The notes beneath the pieces were generated by a model, which saw only the letters and a list, made by a program, of their open reading frames with translations, was not told the DNA's origin and did no database searches. From Octopus bimaculoides (lineage: Eukaryota), in NCBI RefSeq assembly GCF_001194135.2, contig NC_068993.1, positions 44,745,460-44,809,459 on the forward strand: a stretch of DNA of 64,000 nt. The letters are read 5' to 3'. Positions 38,401-53,200 of this stretch are shown piece after piece. A program made the translations under genes and the position numbers. Position 1 is the stretch's first letter. Each line of letters starts with the position of its first letter.

Positions 38401-41400
38401 CAACTGGGAATTTCTACCAGACAGCCTGCTACAAGCCAAAGACAAAATCTGTAGACAGAGTAAGGTACCAACCAAGTGGAAGGTGATATGGTGGTGCAAT
38501 GGTAGAGAAATGGAAAGAATCGCAGTTGAGGAGCAGAGAACGATAATCAAGTGGTTAGAAGAAAAACTGAAATTAAGAGTTTACCAATGTTCTGTGATGT
38601 GAGGTATGAGGTGCTCCACATTGCGAAATAGTGTATCAGTACGAATCAGGACACTGTTGATGGAAAGTATTTAACTACTGATAGCCATATACTCCACCTC
38701 AGTGGTATTGAGAAGGAAGAGGAAACAGAAATGCTACAACACAAAGTTACTGAATGAGGAGAATTTGAAGGAAACAGAAGAACTAGAATCGTCCAAGTAT
38801 ACTCAATAAGGAAGCCAGCCACTGACAATGGAAAGAAACCATTAAGAACATGAAGGTAGGGAAAGTATCCAGAAGTGAAAGTATCCAGATGCATGGCCTA
38901 ATGGTTAGGGTGTAGCACCATAAGTTTCGATTCCTGGAATGGGCAGTGTATTGTGTTCTTGAGCAAAACACTGTTTCATGTTGCTTCAGTCCACTCAGTT
39001 GTGAATGAGTAATCCTGTGATGGACTGGTGTCCAGTTCAGAGGGGAATGTTGTGATCTCAGTCACTTGTATGACAAGGAAACTGGGTAACTGGCCCTGTA
39101 AGTTTTGAGGTCTTGATAAAATAAACATAGCTAAGGCAGAAGTTTTAATTAGCAAGAAAGACAAGACTCTGCTACTATCATGGAAGGTGGCCATGCTTGA
39201 TATGCAGAAAAGTATGTAGAGATTCCATATGCTGCTCTCAGTACTATGGGTGTGTGTACAAGATATTCAGTGGGATCACAGACTGGCTGATAGAAAAGAA
39301 GGGCTTTGTATGTAGCAGATATGCAAGAGTAAGCAGTCAATGCATAATCCCCATTATCATTTTTTTATGTCTATTTTCTCCTGTTTACATGTTGCAGTCA
39401 CTTGTCATATCTCCTAAGATTAACCACCATCACTTCTTCCCATATCTTTGTTAGACTTTTTCTTCCACAGGCTTTTTTCACTTGATTCTCTTAGCAATTC
39501 TTTACTCATCTATTATCCCCCATATACATCATGCTTATGTCAGTGCAGTGTTCTGTTTTGCCTTATTATATCTGATTACTTTTACACCAGATAATGTTCC
39601 TTTCAATCCATTTTCCTCAGATGTGCTTCTTAGCTGTTATAGCTCGCTTAATTTCCTGCAGTAAAAAGTCTCTTTATAAATTTCCTACTGTCTCCTCCTC
39701 CATATACACATCACCTACAATCTCTCTGAATCTTTATGTCAAACAGAGGGATCTTTCAGTTTCCCCATTTTCATATATATCTAGGTTTGTCTAGCTCTTA
39801 CTCTGGTGTCACTAATCATTAACCTATGTTGAGTGGTATATGAAAGATAATTCATAACCAGTTGCCTATCCAATTTCCTGGACAGTATGAAATCTATCTA
39901 GCTTACATGTTCACTTGATTAAAAGATGATCAAGTAGCAAGTTAGTTTCCTGGAGTTAATGTTGTAAATGGTTAGGTCATTTACATTACAAAATTCCAAG
40001 AGCCTTGATTTCTCTCCATTTCTTGTACTGTGCCCATTAGCCACTATATATGTCAGAGTTGTCAGTATGGTGCTGCCCTACATAACCATTAAAATCACCA
40101 GATTGCTGCCATTTAATATGAAGAAGATCTGCAAGAGCGTTTCATAGAAACATATTTTGACTCATTGAATAAATTCTCTCAAATGTTTGGAGGTTTCCAT
40201 AGAAGTAATTGATAGCTTCTGTAACCAAGGTGACAAAATTGACAGTGGAGGAAGGTGATCTGAAAACTTAGTAGTTAGAATAAGAATTAGATGTAAAACA
40301 GCAAGTGAGCTGTTACTGCTGCTAGTATCAAAGGGATTTCCTACGCAAGGGATTAGCATATTGTGTGATGCTTACATATCAAACGGTGTTGCATTGGTAG
40401 CAAAAGATGACCAGTGAATGCAGAAGATGTGTTTGGGGGCAGGAAAGAAATGAGACAAGAACAATCTGTTGGATGGATAAGGGTAGTGGGAATAAATGAC
40501 AGAGTGGAAATTAGCTGAAAGAAAAAGTGAATCTAAGAGGAATCAACTGAAGTAATCAAGGGAGCAGACAGAACAGGTACAGACAAATGGAGATGATATG
40601 CAAGTTAAATGAGGGTGTGTCAAGTATTCCAAATAGAAGAAAAAAAAAAAACTGCAGAAGAATTCCAAAGAAAACAGGGGAAAGAGTGGCAAGGGGTGAT
40701 CTCGGGGTGCTGAACCTCCCAATGGAGATGAAAAAGAACTGCAACAAGTCATAAAACATTAGAGTGGAGAAAATACATACAGGCCTTGCAAGCATAGAAA
40801 AACAGATGTAATGATGATGACAATATCTACGATCTTTTGTGGAAATGAAATGTAGATAATATTTCCAAAGTTTAAAAAAAAGGAAAAAAAACAAAACAAT
40901 CTGTCATCCAATTAATGCAGGTTGTTGAACAGTCACCACAAGTCATAAAATATAACCATGCAAAATAGGACAATGAACAGATAAATAAATGAAAAAAAAA
41001 ACATAACATCAACAACAAAAGATGTGTGTGTGTGTGATGTGACACAATGACATTACTGTTATTTCACAATAGAGTCACATAAATGTAGCAGATTTGGTTG
41101 ATGGAGAAAGATAGGAAATAAAGTGGAAATATATTTAGAAATTAAAAAGGCTGAAATGTAATGGTGGTTGTTGTTAAGTTCACATTATTCCAGACTGAAC
41201 AGACCTATAATCAAAACTGCTCCAGTATGACCATCCTGTTCATCTCTTGAGCATTGCATATCTAGCCCTCTATGTTCCCCTATATTTTTATAACAGATAT
41301 AGAAGCTGAAATCTCAGAGAATAAGGACATGATGGAAAACATGTGCCAGTCTCTTCAATAGCACAGTCTTACCCGTGCTTTTATAAGCAAATGGGCTGCT

Positions 41401-44400
41401 ACAAAATGTGGGGAAAACATCAATTAGCTGTGACAAAAAAAAAAAAGAAGGCCATGGAAAGATCCATTCTGGGAATATCATGTCCGAAACAAAGTAATTC
41501 AATAATGGAATGGAGTGAGCATGATTGCAGAACACTGAAAGTACCAGTACTGCTAGGCTAGACATGTCACATCGTTTACAGACAACAGGTGGACCTGTGC
41601 AGTATCCAAGAGATCGGAAATGGCCATGCAGAGCCCCTACCTACTCCCTGAAGACATTAAGCTAAGATGGAAAAGAAGGGTGCAATAAAAAAAGAATTTA
41701 AAGCACATAGTGACCAGCGGTGTATAAAAACATCTGATAATCTGGTTGATACAGTGTTTAATTTGACAGAGAATTGACTGCCATTTCCAGCAAGTAGAGT
41801 TACCATAGAGAGGTAGCCTTTTTAATTATTGAGATATTACTTGCCACTGTTGTGAGGGTTAGGAGTTGAAAACCTAGCAGTGTTTGAGTGGGCAAGAGGA
41901 AGAAGATAAAAGGAGGAGGAGGAGAAATAAAAAGACACAAAATAATATAACAATGACTAGTTAATAGGAAAACTGGATTGTGTAAAATACATTGTTGGAT
42001 ATTTGTCAAAATGAAGTCAAGAAAGTCAGTTACAAAGTTAATTGGTTAAATATTTACAGACTATGCTTTACTAATATGCAATATCACATTTTCACACAAC
42101 TACCCCACTTTTTTGGTCTTTAAGGCAGGAATGAAGGTTTTCCAATCCTCTCTGTCCTGGGGGAGATGACTCTGGAAGTTCCACTATATACAGGGTGTCC
42201 ACAAAGTCTGTGTACATGGGGATTAACATACATTAAGAAATTCTTTCTTTCTTATATCTAATTGTTTATGTTATGATTTTATTTACTCCATGTATCCCCA
42301 TGGGGATTAACACATACTTTAAGAAATTATTATTTCTTATATCTAATTGTTTATGTTATGATTTTATTTACTCCATGTACCCAGACTTTGTGGACACCCT
42401 GTACAATTGTGTAGACTTGTTTTGTTACTGTTTCTGTAACAAAGCTATTATTACAAGGCTTGGTTGTTAGCATGAAGGCATGTGGCCTAGTGATTATTGC
42501 ACTCATAATCACAAAATTGTGGTTTCAATTCCCAGACTGGATGGAGCATTGTTCTCTTGAGCAAAACACTATTTCATGTTGCTCCAGTTCACTCAGCTGT
42601 AAATGAGAAATCCTGTGACACACTGGTATCTTGTTCAACAGGAATGTTGTGATCTTGGCTGCTTATATGCCATGCAAACTGGGCAATCAGTTTTATGACT
42701 CCTAGGACTAGGAGCTGATGATGATGGTGATGTTAACCCTGTATCCAATCCCTAAACCTGGAGAGCCAGTGGATCAAACTCTGAAGTTGCATCAATATGA
42801 AGAGGGCATCTGGAATACAGCAAGCTGGCAGAATCTTTAGCATGCTGGGCAAAATGCCACCAAGCATTTTGCCTGACTTTATGTTCTGAGTTCAAATGTT
42901 GCCATGGTTGATTTTGTCTTGTATCTTTTATGGGTTGATAAAATAAGTACCAGTTGAATACTGGGTCAATCTAATCGACTTAACCCCCTGCCCCGAAATT
43001 GATGGCCTTGTGCCAAAATTTGAAACCAATATGTAGAGATCATCTGTGGTGACCATCCCTCATCTCATCCAGTTATTGAGGAAAAACACCAACATTTACC
43101 TCTACTACCTGACTGTCCATGTAAGTGATTAGCATGTGCCCTAACTCTACATCATTGGATATTTTTAGTGTCTCAGTAACTATCTCAGATGGTCTGGTTG
43201 GCTTCTCTTTCTTCATATCCTTAGATACTATCAAACTTCACAGCTGGATGGAGTTACTTGGGGTAGTCCCTATCTCCCTTACACATTCTCCATATTCAGC
43301 AACCTTTCATACGGTTTGAAGTGGATTTTCTATGGCTTGATGCCTTTCCTATCATCAACCCTCACCTGTTACTAAGTAAGCTAATATTTCTCAATGACTA
43401 AATGTGTTTTTACAGAAGTTTGAAAATGAAGAACAGCACTTGCATGATGGTGACATTCATTTACAACTACCCACTATCAGTAGCATCCTATGAATTTCAA
43501 ATTTGTGTCATCACAAGTCTAAGGCAGCTCAAAAGTGCACAAACTCAGCCTAGGACAGGATTCTTTAACCAGACTAACCTTCACCACCAACCTATGCACA
43601 AATACACTCACAAATATAGAGTGCATATATCTGGGTTTTAGCACATGCTATAAGAAATGACTGAAAGAGCTGGCATCACGATGGGCATATCCTAACTGTA
43701 AAATACTACCTTAACAAAAAAAAAAAAAACCTATTCCAACCCATACCAGCATGGAAAAGAAGATGTAAAATGATGATGGCATATTTGTGGTTACATTAAT
43801 ACGTGCATCATTTCTCAAAATTCAAGTAGGACATATTCTCTGTATTATAAATTTATAGAACACATACAAAGTGCTTAGTAGTTGTGTATAAATTGTTTTC
43901 AGTGTTCTCTACTTGCTATTATATATATTATTATTGTATCTTCTTTTTCTTCTATCCTTTTACTTGTTTCAGATACTGTAAGTGCCCCATCATACGAGGG
44001 CACTCACAGCCTTTGAAGGGTTTTAGTCAGACAAATTGACTCAAGCTTGGTCTATCAGATTTTTCTTTCTAAACTGCTAAGTTATAGAGAACAAACAAAC
44101 ACAAACAGGTGCAAGATTGGTTGTGTGATAGAAGTTTGCTTCCTATCCACATGGTTCCAGGTTTAGTCCCAATGCATGGCATCTTGGGCAAGTGTCTACT
44201 ACTATAGTCCCAGGCCAACCAAAGTCTTATGAGTGGATTTGGTAGACAGAATCTTAAAGAAGACCATTACACACACACACACCTATGCCTGTGTGTCTTT
44301 GTGCTTGTCCCCAGCCATCCCCTTACAACCACTGCTGGTTTGTTTACATTCCTGTCGTTTAGTATTCAGCAAAAGAGTCCAATAGAATAAGTACCAGGCT

Positions 44401-47400
44401 TTAAAAAAAATAATAATTACTAGAGTTGATTTGTTCAACAAAAAACCCTTCAAGGCAGTGCCCCAGAATGACCACAGTCCAATGATTGAAACAAGTAAAA
44501 GATAAAACACACAAAAAAAGACACTATGGACTTCCATATGGTTTCTGTCTTCCAATTCTCTCACAACACACTGGTTGGCCTGGGACTATAGTAAGAGACA
44601 ATTGCCCAAGGCAGCATGCAGTGGAACTGTGTGGTTGCAAAACAAGCTTCTTAACCACAAAGCCTTCCTCTGTCTTATTGTCTTCACTGGAATACCTTTA
44701 GTTATAAGACTGCTTAGTCATCTGGATTGACCCAGGGTTAAACAAAAATATTAAGCATGGTGATACACAATGCTTAAATACAAAAAAAAAAAAAAAAAAA
44801 AAAAATCGCTGGTCATGGAGTTGAATGTCTTGATCACAGGTCTATTAAATCACAGCTGGCTCAGGGTTAAACAACAATAATTCCATATACAGACAATATG
44901 ACAGGAATTAAACTGAGTGCTAACATTAGTCTGTCTTCTGTATTTATGTTCTAAACGTACAAATATGCTCTTCAGTCACCTCTTGCTTCGCAAAAATTTA
45001 ATCACACATACACACACAATTACATTACTTGTGTGTTAACAAGGTTTTTGTTTCTTTGCTATAAAATACTACAGAACGTCTCAAGAAATATTTTTAGCCA
45101 ACACTGTTACAACTATTGTAAACATTTTGTCTGCTCATCTAAAATATGAGTTGTCAGGTTGCTAAGAAACCTGTTCTACTCTGGCCCCTTTCTCTTGCAC
45201 TCCCATCTTTACTCCTTGCATAAAGTTGCCCTGTCAGGGTTCATAATCTTACAAGTTGCATGGTAACCTCACTAGAGCTTGTGGCAAAAAAAAAAAAAAA
45301 AAAAAAAAAGCTTCCAGTTATATGCTGTAAAGTGGTTGGCATTAAGGACATCCAACTGCAGAAACCATGTCAAACCAGGCATTGGAGTATGATGAAGTCC
45401 CTGGGCCCATTGGATCTTGTCAATCTGTTTAACCCATGCAACATGGACATATGATGATGACGAATATGTGAGTGGATAGAAAAAGGGACACCTTGGTTAA
45501 TGGCTGTGTACTATACTTAACTATTCAAACATATTGCACTATAACCTACCAGAAATTCAATATTTATTCAGTCAAGAAAGCGCATTAAAGATGCCAGTTT
45601 ATCCAGTTTACTTCAGCCTCTAATATTACTAAGTTTATAAATGTAGTGTCATCATCATTTAATGTCTACTGTGCTTACATGGATAAGACAGAATTTGTTG
45701 AGGTAAATGTTTATGGCCAGATGCCCCTTCTGTGACCTACCCTCACCTGTTTCCAAGCAAGGGTGAATATTTCCCTATAGCCCGACAGGTTTGTCACAGA
45801 AGACTGGAAATGAACAACTTTAACCATCATGTGATGTCAAGACAAGGGTATATATACACACACACACACACACACACATCAAGCTTCTTTCAGTTTCTGT
45901 CAACAAAATCCACTTACAAGGCTTTTGGCAGGCCTGGAATTAAAGTAGAAGACAATTGCCCAAGGTGCAATACAGTGGGACAGAACCCAAGACAAGATGG
46001 TTGGGGAGCAACCTTCTTAACCACACAGCTACACCTACGGAATGTGTAGATGAATTGTTTACAATTGTTGCAACACACAACATCAGCTGATAGCTAATAA
46101 ACCTGTAAACAATAGTAACCAGACACGGGATTTTGATGCAAATTTTCTTAATTTTTTCGTTTCTTTTAGTTTGAAATTTCAAAATTCATAAAACTGAAAT
46201 GCTTTCCCATAAATTGCCTAACATGCCAAAGTTTAAATTTAAATTCAAACAAATGAAAAATAACATTACGATATATGTTTACACTCAATTTGCCACTACC
46301 CTGTGTTTCTTTATGAACAGCTACTCAGTTTTATCATTTTAAAATTTAAAATATATATAAAAAACAAACAACCCCCAAAACACAGACTCCACACTTCAAC
46401 TTAGATAAAAAAAAACCCTCAAAAATCTACCCATGACGAGAGGATTTAAAATACATACCTGTTTTGGCAGTAGTGTTTCCAAATAGACTAGTATTGTTCA
46501 TATTTGTTCCAAATGTAGTGCCAGTGCCTGCATTTCCAAACAAACTACCCTGATTATTGAATGGGGTACCAAAACACCTGTGTTGACCAAGAGTGTTTGT
46601 ACCAAGACCAATATTGGGTGGTCCAGCTGAAAATATAAAAATAAATATTAGATGACATCTTGAGTGACAAATCGTAGCAGTATACTGTATTTATATTGTG
46701 AAACTATGCTTACATATCTCTGATGCTTGCAATGTGCATGTATATCTTTACATTGTTTCAAATTGACCTTTGACCACACCCTCATTTTTATTCACTCTTA
46801 TGCACCTACTTCTCATTCTCCTTTATACTCTTGCACCCATTACCACCTCATTGACCTATCTCTCACCTCAACTCATCTATTGTAGTATTCTACTGCTCAT
46901 CCTTTCTGTACAGCCAGCTAGATCAGTGTTTCCTGCATTAAGTCTGGAATCCAGACAATTGAAGAAAACCATCAAGGAGAAAGGCATTGCTGAAACTAGC
47001 CCAAGTGGCTATGGTTGATAAGAGTCTGCAAATGGAACCCTTCTGAAGATGAAGACTAGTTCAGTCCTTGCTGCCCCACTCAGGTGAATGAAGCATACCG
47101 AGCTAAGAGGCAAAACGCATGCAACTCAAGACACCTGCTGACAATAAGGGTTTTCAGCATTACAATGGACTTAGAAGAGCTCACAAAACCCCTGAGTAGC
47201 TCCTGCAGTTTCTGCATGGGATAAAGCATCTCTGCTGTTTATTTCATCTAAAAGGAAAAAAGTAGTTGAGTATAGTGATACTTACAAGGAGCCTGTTGGT
47301 TACGACTAAGAGCAGCGGCAAGAGCAATTGCAGTGGTGCTGGGGAACCCTGTGAAGGGGTTTGGTCCTTGCTGAGATTCAATGCCGGGAATCTCCAAACG

Positions 47401-49832
47401 TTTTGTTAACTTCCGTTTGCTTTCAAACACATCTTTCGTGTCTCCGAGGAATATACGTCGATAATTCAGGTATTTCTCTTTTAAAGTCTACAGAACCAGA
47501 AAACAAAGACAGGATGGTTAGAAGAAAAGCTTTGTTATGAAGAGACTACATTACATAGAATATGACTAGCATATATAGGAGGAACAGCTGATAAACATAG
47601 ACAGTAAAACGTTTTAGATAACATTTTAAACAAGAATATAAAACATCGGACTGATCGGTAAATGTTCATTAAGCTGACCTGTTGCATTTATTACCCAAAC
47701 GTCAGCATAGGTGTGGCCGTGTGATTAAGACACTTGCTTCGCAATCATGAGATCTTGGGTTCAGTTCTATTGTACAGCACTTAGGTTAAGTGGCTTCTAC
47801 TATAGTCCTGAGCTGACCAAAACCTTGTGAGTGGAAATTGAAAGAAGGTTGTTGTGTGGGTGTTAGTATATAACCTTGTCTAAGCAATACAGGGTTGTTG
47901 TAAATGAGCAACAACATCATCATCAGAGAAGTGAGGTTGATAGCTCCCAGTCTTCTATTAAAAAAAAAAAGGAAAACCTCTCTGGCTGTAGTAAATCTAC
48001 CTCAACAAATTCCATCTAACCCATGCAAGCATGAGAAATTGGACATTGAATGGTGAGGATGGTTACAGCTAGCAGTTGTTAAAATAGTTCCAGCTAGCAA
48101 CGTACCACTATCTTTGCAGAAACTAACACATCATCCCTGTTGTATCTTATTCCTGAAACCCCATATCGAACACTTTTACCTATCCTGCCTCCCGAGAACC
48201 ACAACTCTCTGGAACTCAACCTCTCTGGTCATGTTTTCTTTACAGACATCAACAAGTTCATCATCATTTTATTGCCCACTTTCCCATGCTTGCATGAGTC
48301 AGACAGAATTAGTTGAGGCAGCTTTCTATGGACAAATGCTCTTCCTGTTGCCAATCCTCACCTATTTCCAAGCAAGGTAATATTTCCCCAGGACCAGACA
48401 TGTGCTTTATAGAAGACTGGATGTGAACAACACTGCTACTGGTATGATGATAACGTTCATTTACAATCTTCATGCGATATCAAGACAATGGGACACACAA
48501 ACATGCATCCACACATATATACACATACATCTACCTATCTATATGTACAGTTAAATGAGAGAGGGAGGGGTGAGGACAAAAGGATAAAAAGGAAACACAG
48601 GTAAGTTATTCACACAATGCAATTGGAGTTAATAATCAAACAAGACATAGCTTACTTTTACAGATTCATGAACTTGGTGAAAGTGGGCTGCAAGTGCAAG
48701 GAAATTTTCATGTGATTTGTGAAGCAACATTGTTAATTCTGAAATAGAATTTGACAACATTTATAAATTGTTATTGCAAATGTAGAGAAGGTAAGAAAAA
48801 AAAAGAAAGAAAACAAAAGCAGTTTCATATTTTTTGAATACATAAAATGAAAGGCTTATGAGATCAATAATGTCCACTTTTTCATGCTTGCATGGATTGG
48901 ACAGGATTTGATGAGACAAATCTTCTACATAGGGATGTCCTTCCTGTCATCAACCCTTACCCATCTCATGGTAAGGTAATATTTCCTCATGACCAGGCAT
49001 GTTTTCACAAGACTGGAAGTGAAGGATACGGCTGTACAATGGTGATATTCATCTACAACTACCATGAAATTTCAAAATTAGGAGACGCCAACTTATTCTA
49101 GGAGTAAATATAACAACTCAAAAGTACAGCTACACAGATAATAAAGCTTTCACACAGGATCTCGCTCTCTTGGAAACATTCACCCAGCTGTAAATAGATG
49201 ATACAGTTTTTTTTGCTATAAGAAAGAGAGAATACTGTTTAATTCAGTATGTTGCAGTTCTAGAGAAGAAAGACAGTGTGAACCGTTTAGTGTAGGGGTT
49301 GGGAGACAGCCAAGATGAGTTAAGTAGGCCTGATTGGAGAGGGTATGTAGCTAACCACTTCAGATGAGCAGATGTAAAATAAACGAACTGTAAGGGCACA
49401 TCTGGTAAGGAAAAGTCAAGCAATAAAACAACCACTCCTGCAGGAAATGTATTAAAAAGGTATTGATTAAATGGTATTGTCTTTTAATGTTCCTTTTCCA
49501 CACTGGTATGGGTTGGATGGTTTGACAGGAACTAAGGAGTCTTAGGGCAGTGTCAAACTCCAGTGTCTACTCTGACATGGTTTTTAACCACTCGATGCCC
49601 TTCCTAATGCAAACTGCTTTAAAGAGTGTACTTGGTGCTTTTTATAGTATCAGCATTGGTAAGGACACTAAGTACTCACAAGACAAGACCCACTCCCCAA
49701 ACTGAGTAGAGAGTAGTACTGAAGGATGTGAAAGCATGATAGAAGGACAGGAGTAGGTGTCCTGCTGAAGAGGTGAATATATGGTTTATCTGTCTGAAAG
49801 AGATGAAGATGTGAAGTCAAGGTATAAGTTAA

Positions 49833-49867
<35 letters not shown>

Positions 49868-50225
49868 GAGATATAGTGAAAAGAGTGTGATAGATGATTA
49901 GAGAGGAGGACTCAGATGGACACAGTGAATATCAGTTTGGGGAAGGGGAAATGAAAAAAGAAATAAGAGTGGTTTGGGAAAGAAGATGTGATAAGGGACA
50001 ATAGTAAGGATACAGTGTGAAAATTAGTTTTGTCTTTTTAATGACAGAAATAAAAATTAGAATAAGTGATAAAGTAGTAATGAAAGATATTAACCTTCAG
50101 GAGAGAGCCTACTTGGTTGATGTAGGGAAAGGATGTGACTCTCCAAGTTCTGGATTTCACCTTTATAGGCTTTCATCTGGATTTCAAAATCTTCAAAGAG
50201 ACTCTGAAAATATCTAGAAAAGATG

Positions 50226-50257
<32 letters not shown>

Positions 50258-53200
50258 GTTTATTGTTTTCTTTACACAGACAATAAATCAAGAAATCATC
50301 TTTAGCATTGAAACTAGTCACATCAAGCATCTCACATTTACCCCACAATGTCATTCTAAAAATAACCAATCACATTAGTGAAACCTCAAAGCTATGAGAT
50401 AATGTGAACAAATAAGCATTACATTTGACAGATTAATTTGATTGCTAAAGGATTAAATAATTTCATTAAGTTAACAAAATGTGTTTATTAAAAGCCAACA
50501 TAACACATAATATAATCACAGTTGATTAAAATTGTTACTCCCAATTACACCACCTCTAGTATATAGAAACACCAGTTCGAGTCTAGTAGTAAAATGTTTA
50601 TAGGCGAATAGGAGAGCAACAAATGGCTGAGTTGATAGAAAACTGATCAAATAGAAGAAAGATCAGATATACACATCCGGTCATTTTGTCTCTCTCTCTC
50701 TCTCTGACAGACAAAGAATTGGCGATTAATGTAATAATAAAAATTGGCAAACAACAATCAAAATTTATTTATTTTATTTTTTATTGTCTGGTTTGCTGAT
50801 GTACAAGGGTGGCAGGAGAAATTATCCAAGTTTAAAAGGGGCTGACTGCCTACATTTGAAAGAGGAAATGGATACAAATAAAGAAGGGGATACTTAACAA
50901 AAACTAGAACAGTAAATGAAATAAAGCAAAGTAAAAAAGAAAGCATATAAAATAAACAAATTTCCATCAAATACCAGAAATTTCCAACAAACTAGCATAA
51001 AAGTGAAACTATGTTTAACAAAAAAAAAAAAAGAAGTAAAAAAAAAAACGAAGAAAAAACACCAACTTACTCAGTTGGGGCAACATTCTCGTCTTGAAGA
51101 ACAGCAGACATATCTTCTGTTCGTTGACCCATTTCAGTATTTTTCAGTTCCTGCAAAAGAGTAGTAAATATCAAAGCAAGTTAACAAACAGCTTAACATA
51201 TATGGAATGTGTTGTATCCCTTTATAATATCCACTGTGTCACTTCAATTTAAAGATAGTAAGTAGAGTATGATTTGAAAGAGATTTTGCTGCTATCTTTA
51301 GCAGACCAAGTGACCATATAAAGACATGATTGATTGCATTAAAGACAGCACTGAAAAAGCTAGGAGATTCACTGAAATAGATGAAGGGCTTCAAGTGACA
51401 TACCTGTACTGACTCTTTCTTCAGTTTTTCAATCAACACAGCATTCCTCTGTACACCATTAGACACACTTCCAAGGATCTGTCGCAATGCTGTTAGGTCT
51501 GTCTGTACCTTTATCATAGATTTTGTAGACATTCGAGAAATGTTTTCTCGTATAGCTTTCTCTGATTTTATATATTTTCTATAAAAACGACAAAAAAAGA
51601 TGACAAAAAGAAAAGGTTAACAGGCTTTTAAATTAAAGAAAAAATAAACAAACAAAAACCAAAAACATTTTTAAACTGAAGAATTTTTCTATTTAAAAAT
51701 GCAATTGATATTCTTATAACAAAGGTAGCATGCTGGGCAAGATGCTTAGCAGCATTTTGTTCATCTTTACTTTCTAAGTTCAAATTCTGCTGAGGTCAAC
51801 TTCGTCTTTCATCCTTTTGGGGGGTCAATAAAATAAGTACCAGTTGAGTACTGGGGTCAATGTAATTGACTTAGTCTCTCCCTGGAGATTGTTGGCTTTG
51901 TGCCAAATTTTGAAACCAATATTCTTATTAAAACAAAGGTGGCAAACTGGCAGAATTGTAAGCAACTAGGACAAAATTATTTAATGACATTTCCTTCTGA
52001 CTCATTATGTTCCGAGTTCAAATTCAACCAAGGTCAGCTCTACCTTTCATCCTTTTGGAGGACAATAAAAAAAAGTACCAGTTGAACACTGACTGAGGTC
52101 AATGTAACAGACTTGTTCTGCACTCCCTAAAAATTTGCTGGCCTTGTGCCAAAATTTGAAACCAATATTCTTATTATAATATTTTCTATAAGATAGTCAG
52201 AGGATGGAGGCGAAAGCCTATGACCATTGCAGCCCACTCAGTAAACTGGTGAGATTAATATGGCTGATGGTCAAACGTGGTAGGGAAGAAAGCTAACAAC
52301 AGAGTAAATTCACCCAACAAAATTAAATAGAAAAGAGGATCAGATCTACCATGTCTAGTATATTAGGAGTCAATGAGGAAGCCTCTACAACTTCACTCAA
52401 TCTGCTTGAAACAACAGCCAAATCTTTCCCAAACCATACGTTATTGTCACATTTACAGAAACAAATTGCAAATTTGGTTATGTGCATCTGGAAATTTTAC
52501 AGATTTTACTATGGATTAAAAATGCAAGCTTGGTAATGAGGGTAGAATCTTTAGTTTTTAGGGAAATATTAAGAATAAAAAAAGTCCCTGAAAAACTTAC
52601 TTTAGGGGTTCTACACAAACTAGCAGCTGCTGTGGTAATTGTGTTTCTTTCAAAACTTTGGAATTCCTTAAAAAATAGAAACATAAAAAACATAAGTTAA
52701 AACAACACAAAATTTACAGAATATAACTAGGTTCAAACTTGATAGAATTGGATTAAAAGATGTCTAGGTCTATTCTATTCTATCGATATTTTATATTGTT
52801 TCAAACAAAACCTTTCTATGTTTCCAGTCAGGTTATAAATGTATACATGTATAAACAGGCATAGCTGTGAAGTGCAGGTGTAGCAGAGTAGTTAAGAAGT
52901 TTGCTTCTCAACCACATAGTCTTGGGTCCAGTCTCACTGCATAGCACCTTGGGTGAATGAATTCTATAACCTAAAGAAACTGAAAGAAGCCTGTTGTATA
53001 TATTTATTTATATGTGTGTGTGTGCATGCAAATGTGTATGTTTGTATCTCTTGACATTGCTTAATAGCTGCAAAAGATTGTCATACAAGCAATGTCATTC
53101 ATTTTCAATATTCTGCGAGAATATACAAAGGGAAATATTACCCTGCTCGTTAACAGGTGTGGGGTTGGTGATAAGAAAAGCATCCAGCTGATGAAAACCT

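Noticed and set aside
46800-47240. Possible LINE 5' region (also 18280-18430)
   Set aside because: Resemblance is from recall only and there is no coding motif to anchor it; left unannotated.
51722-52175. Direct repeats that superficially resemble a repeat-spacer array
   Set aside because: Two diverged SINE copies of about 200 nt. Eukaryotic context, no regular short repeats and no cas genes, so not CRISPR.
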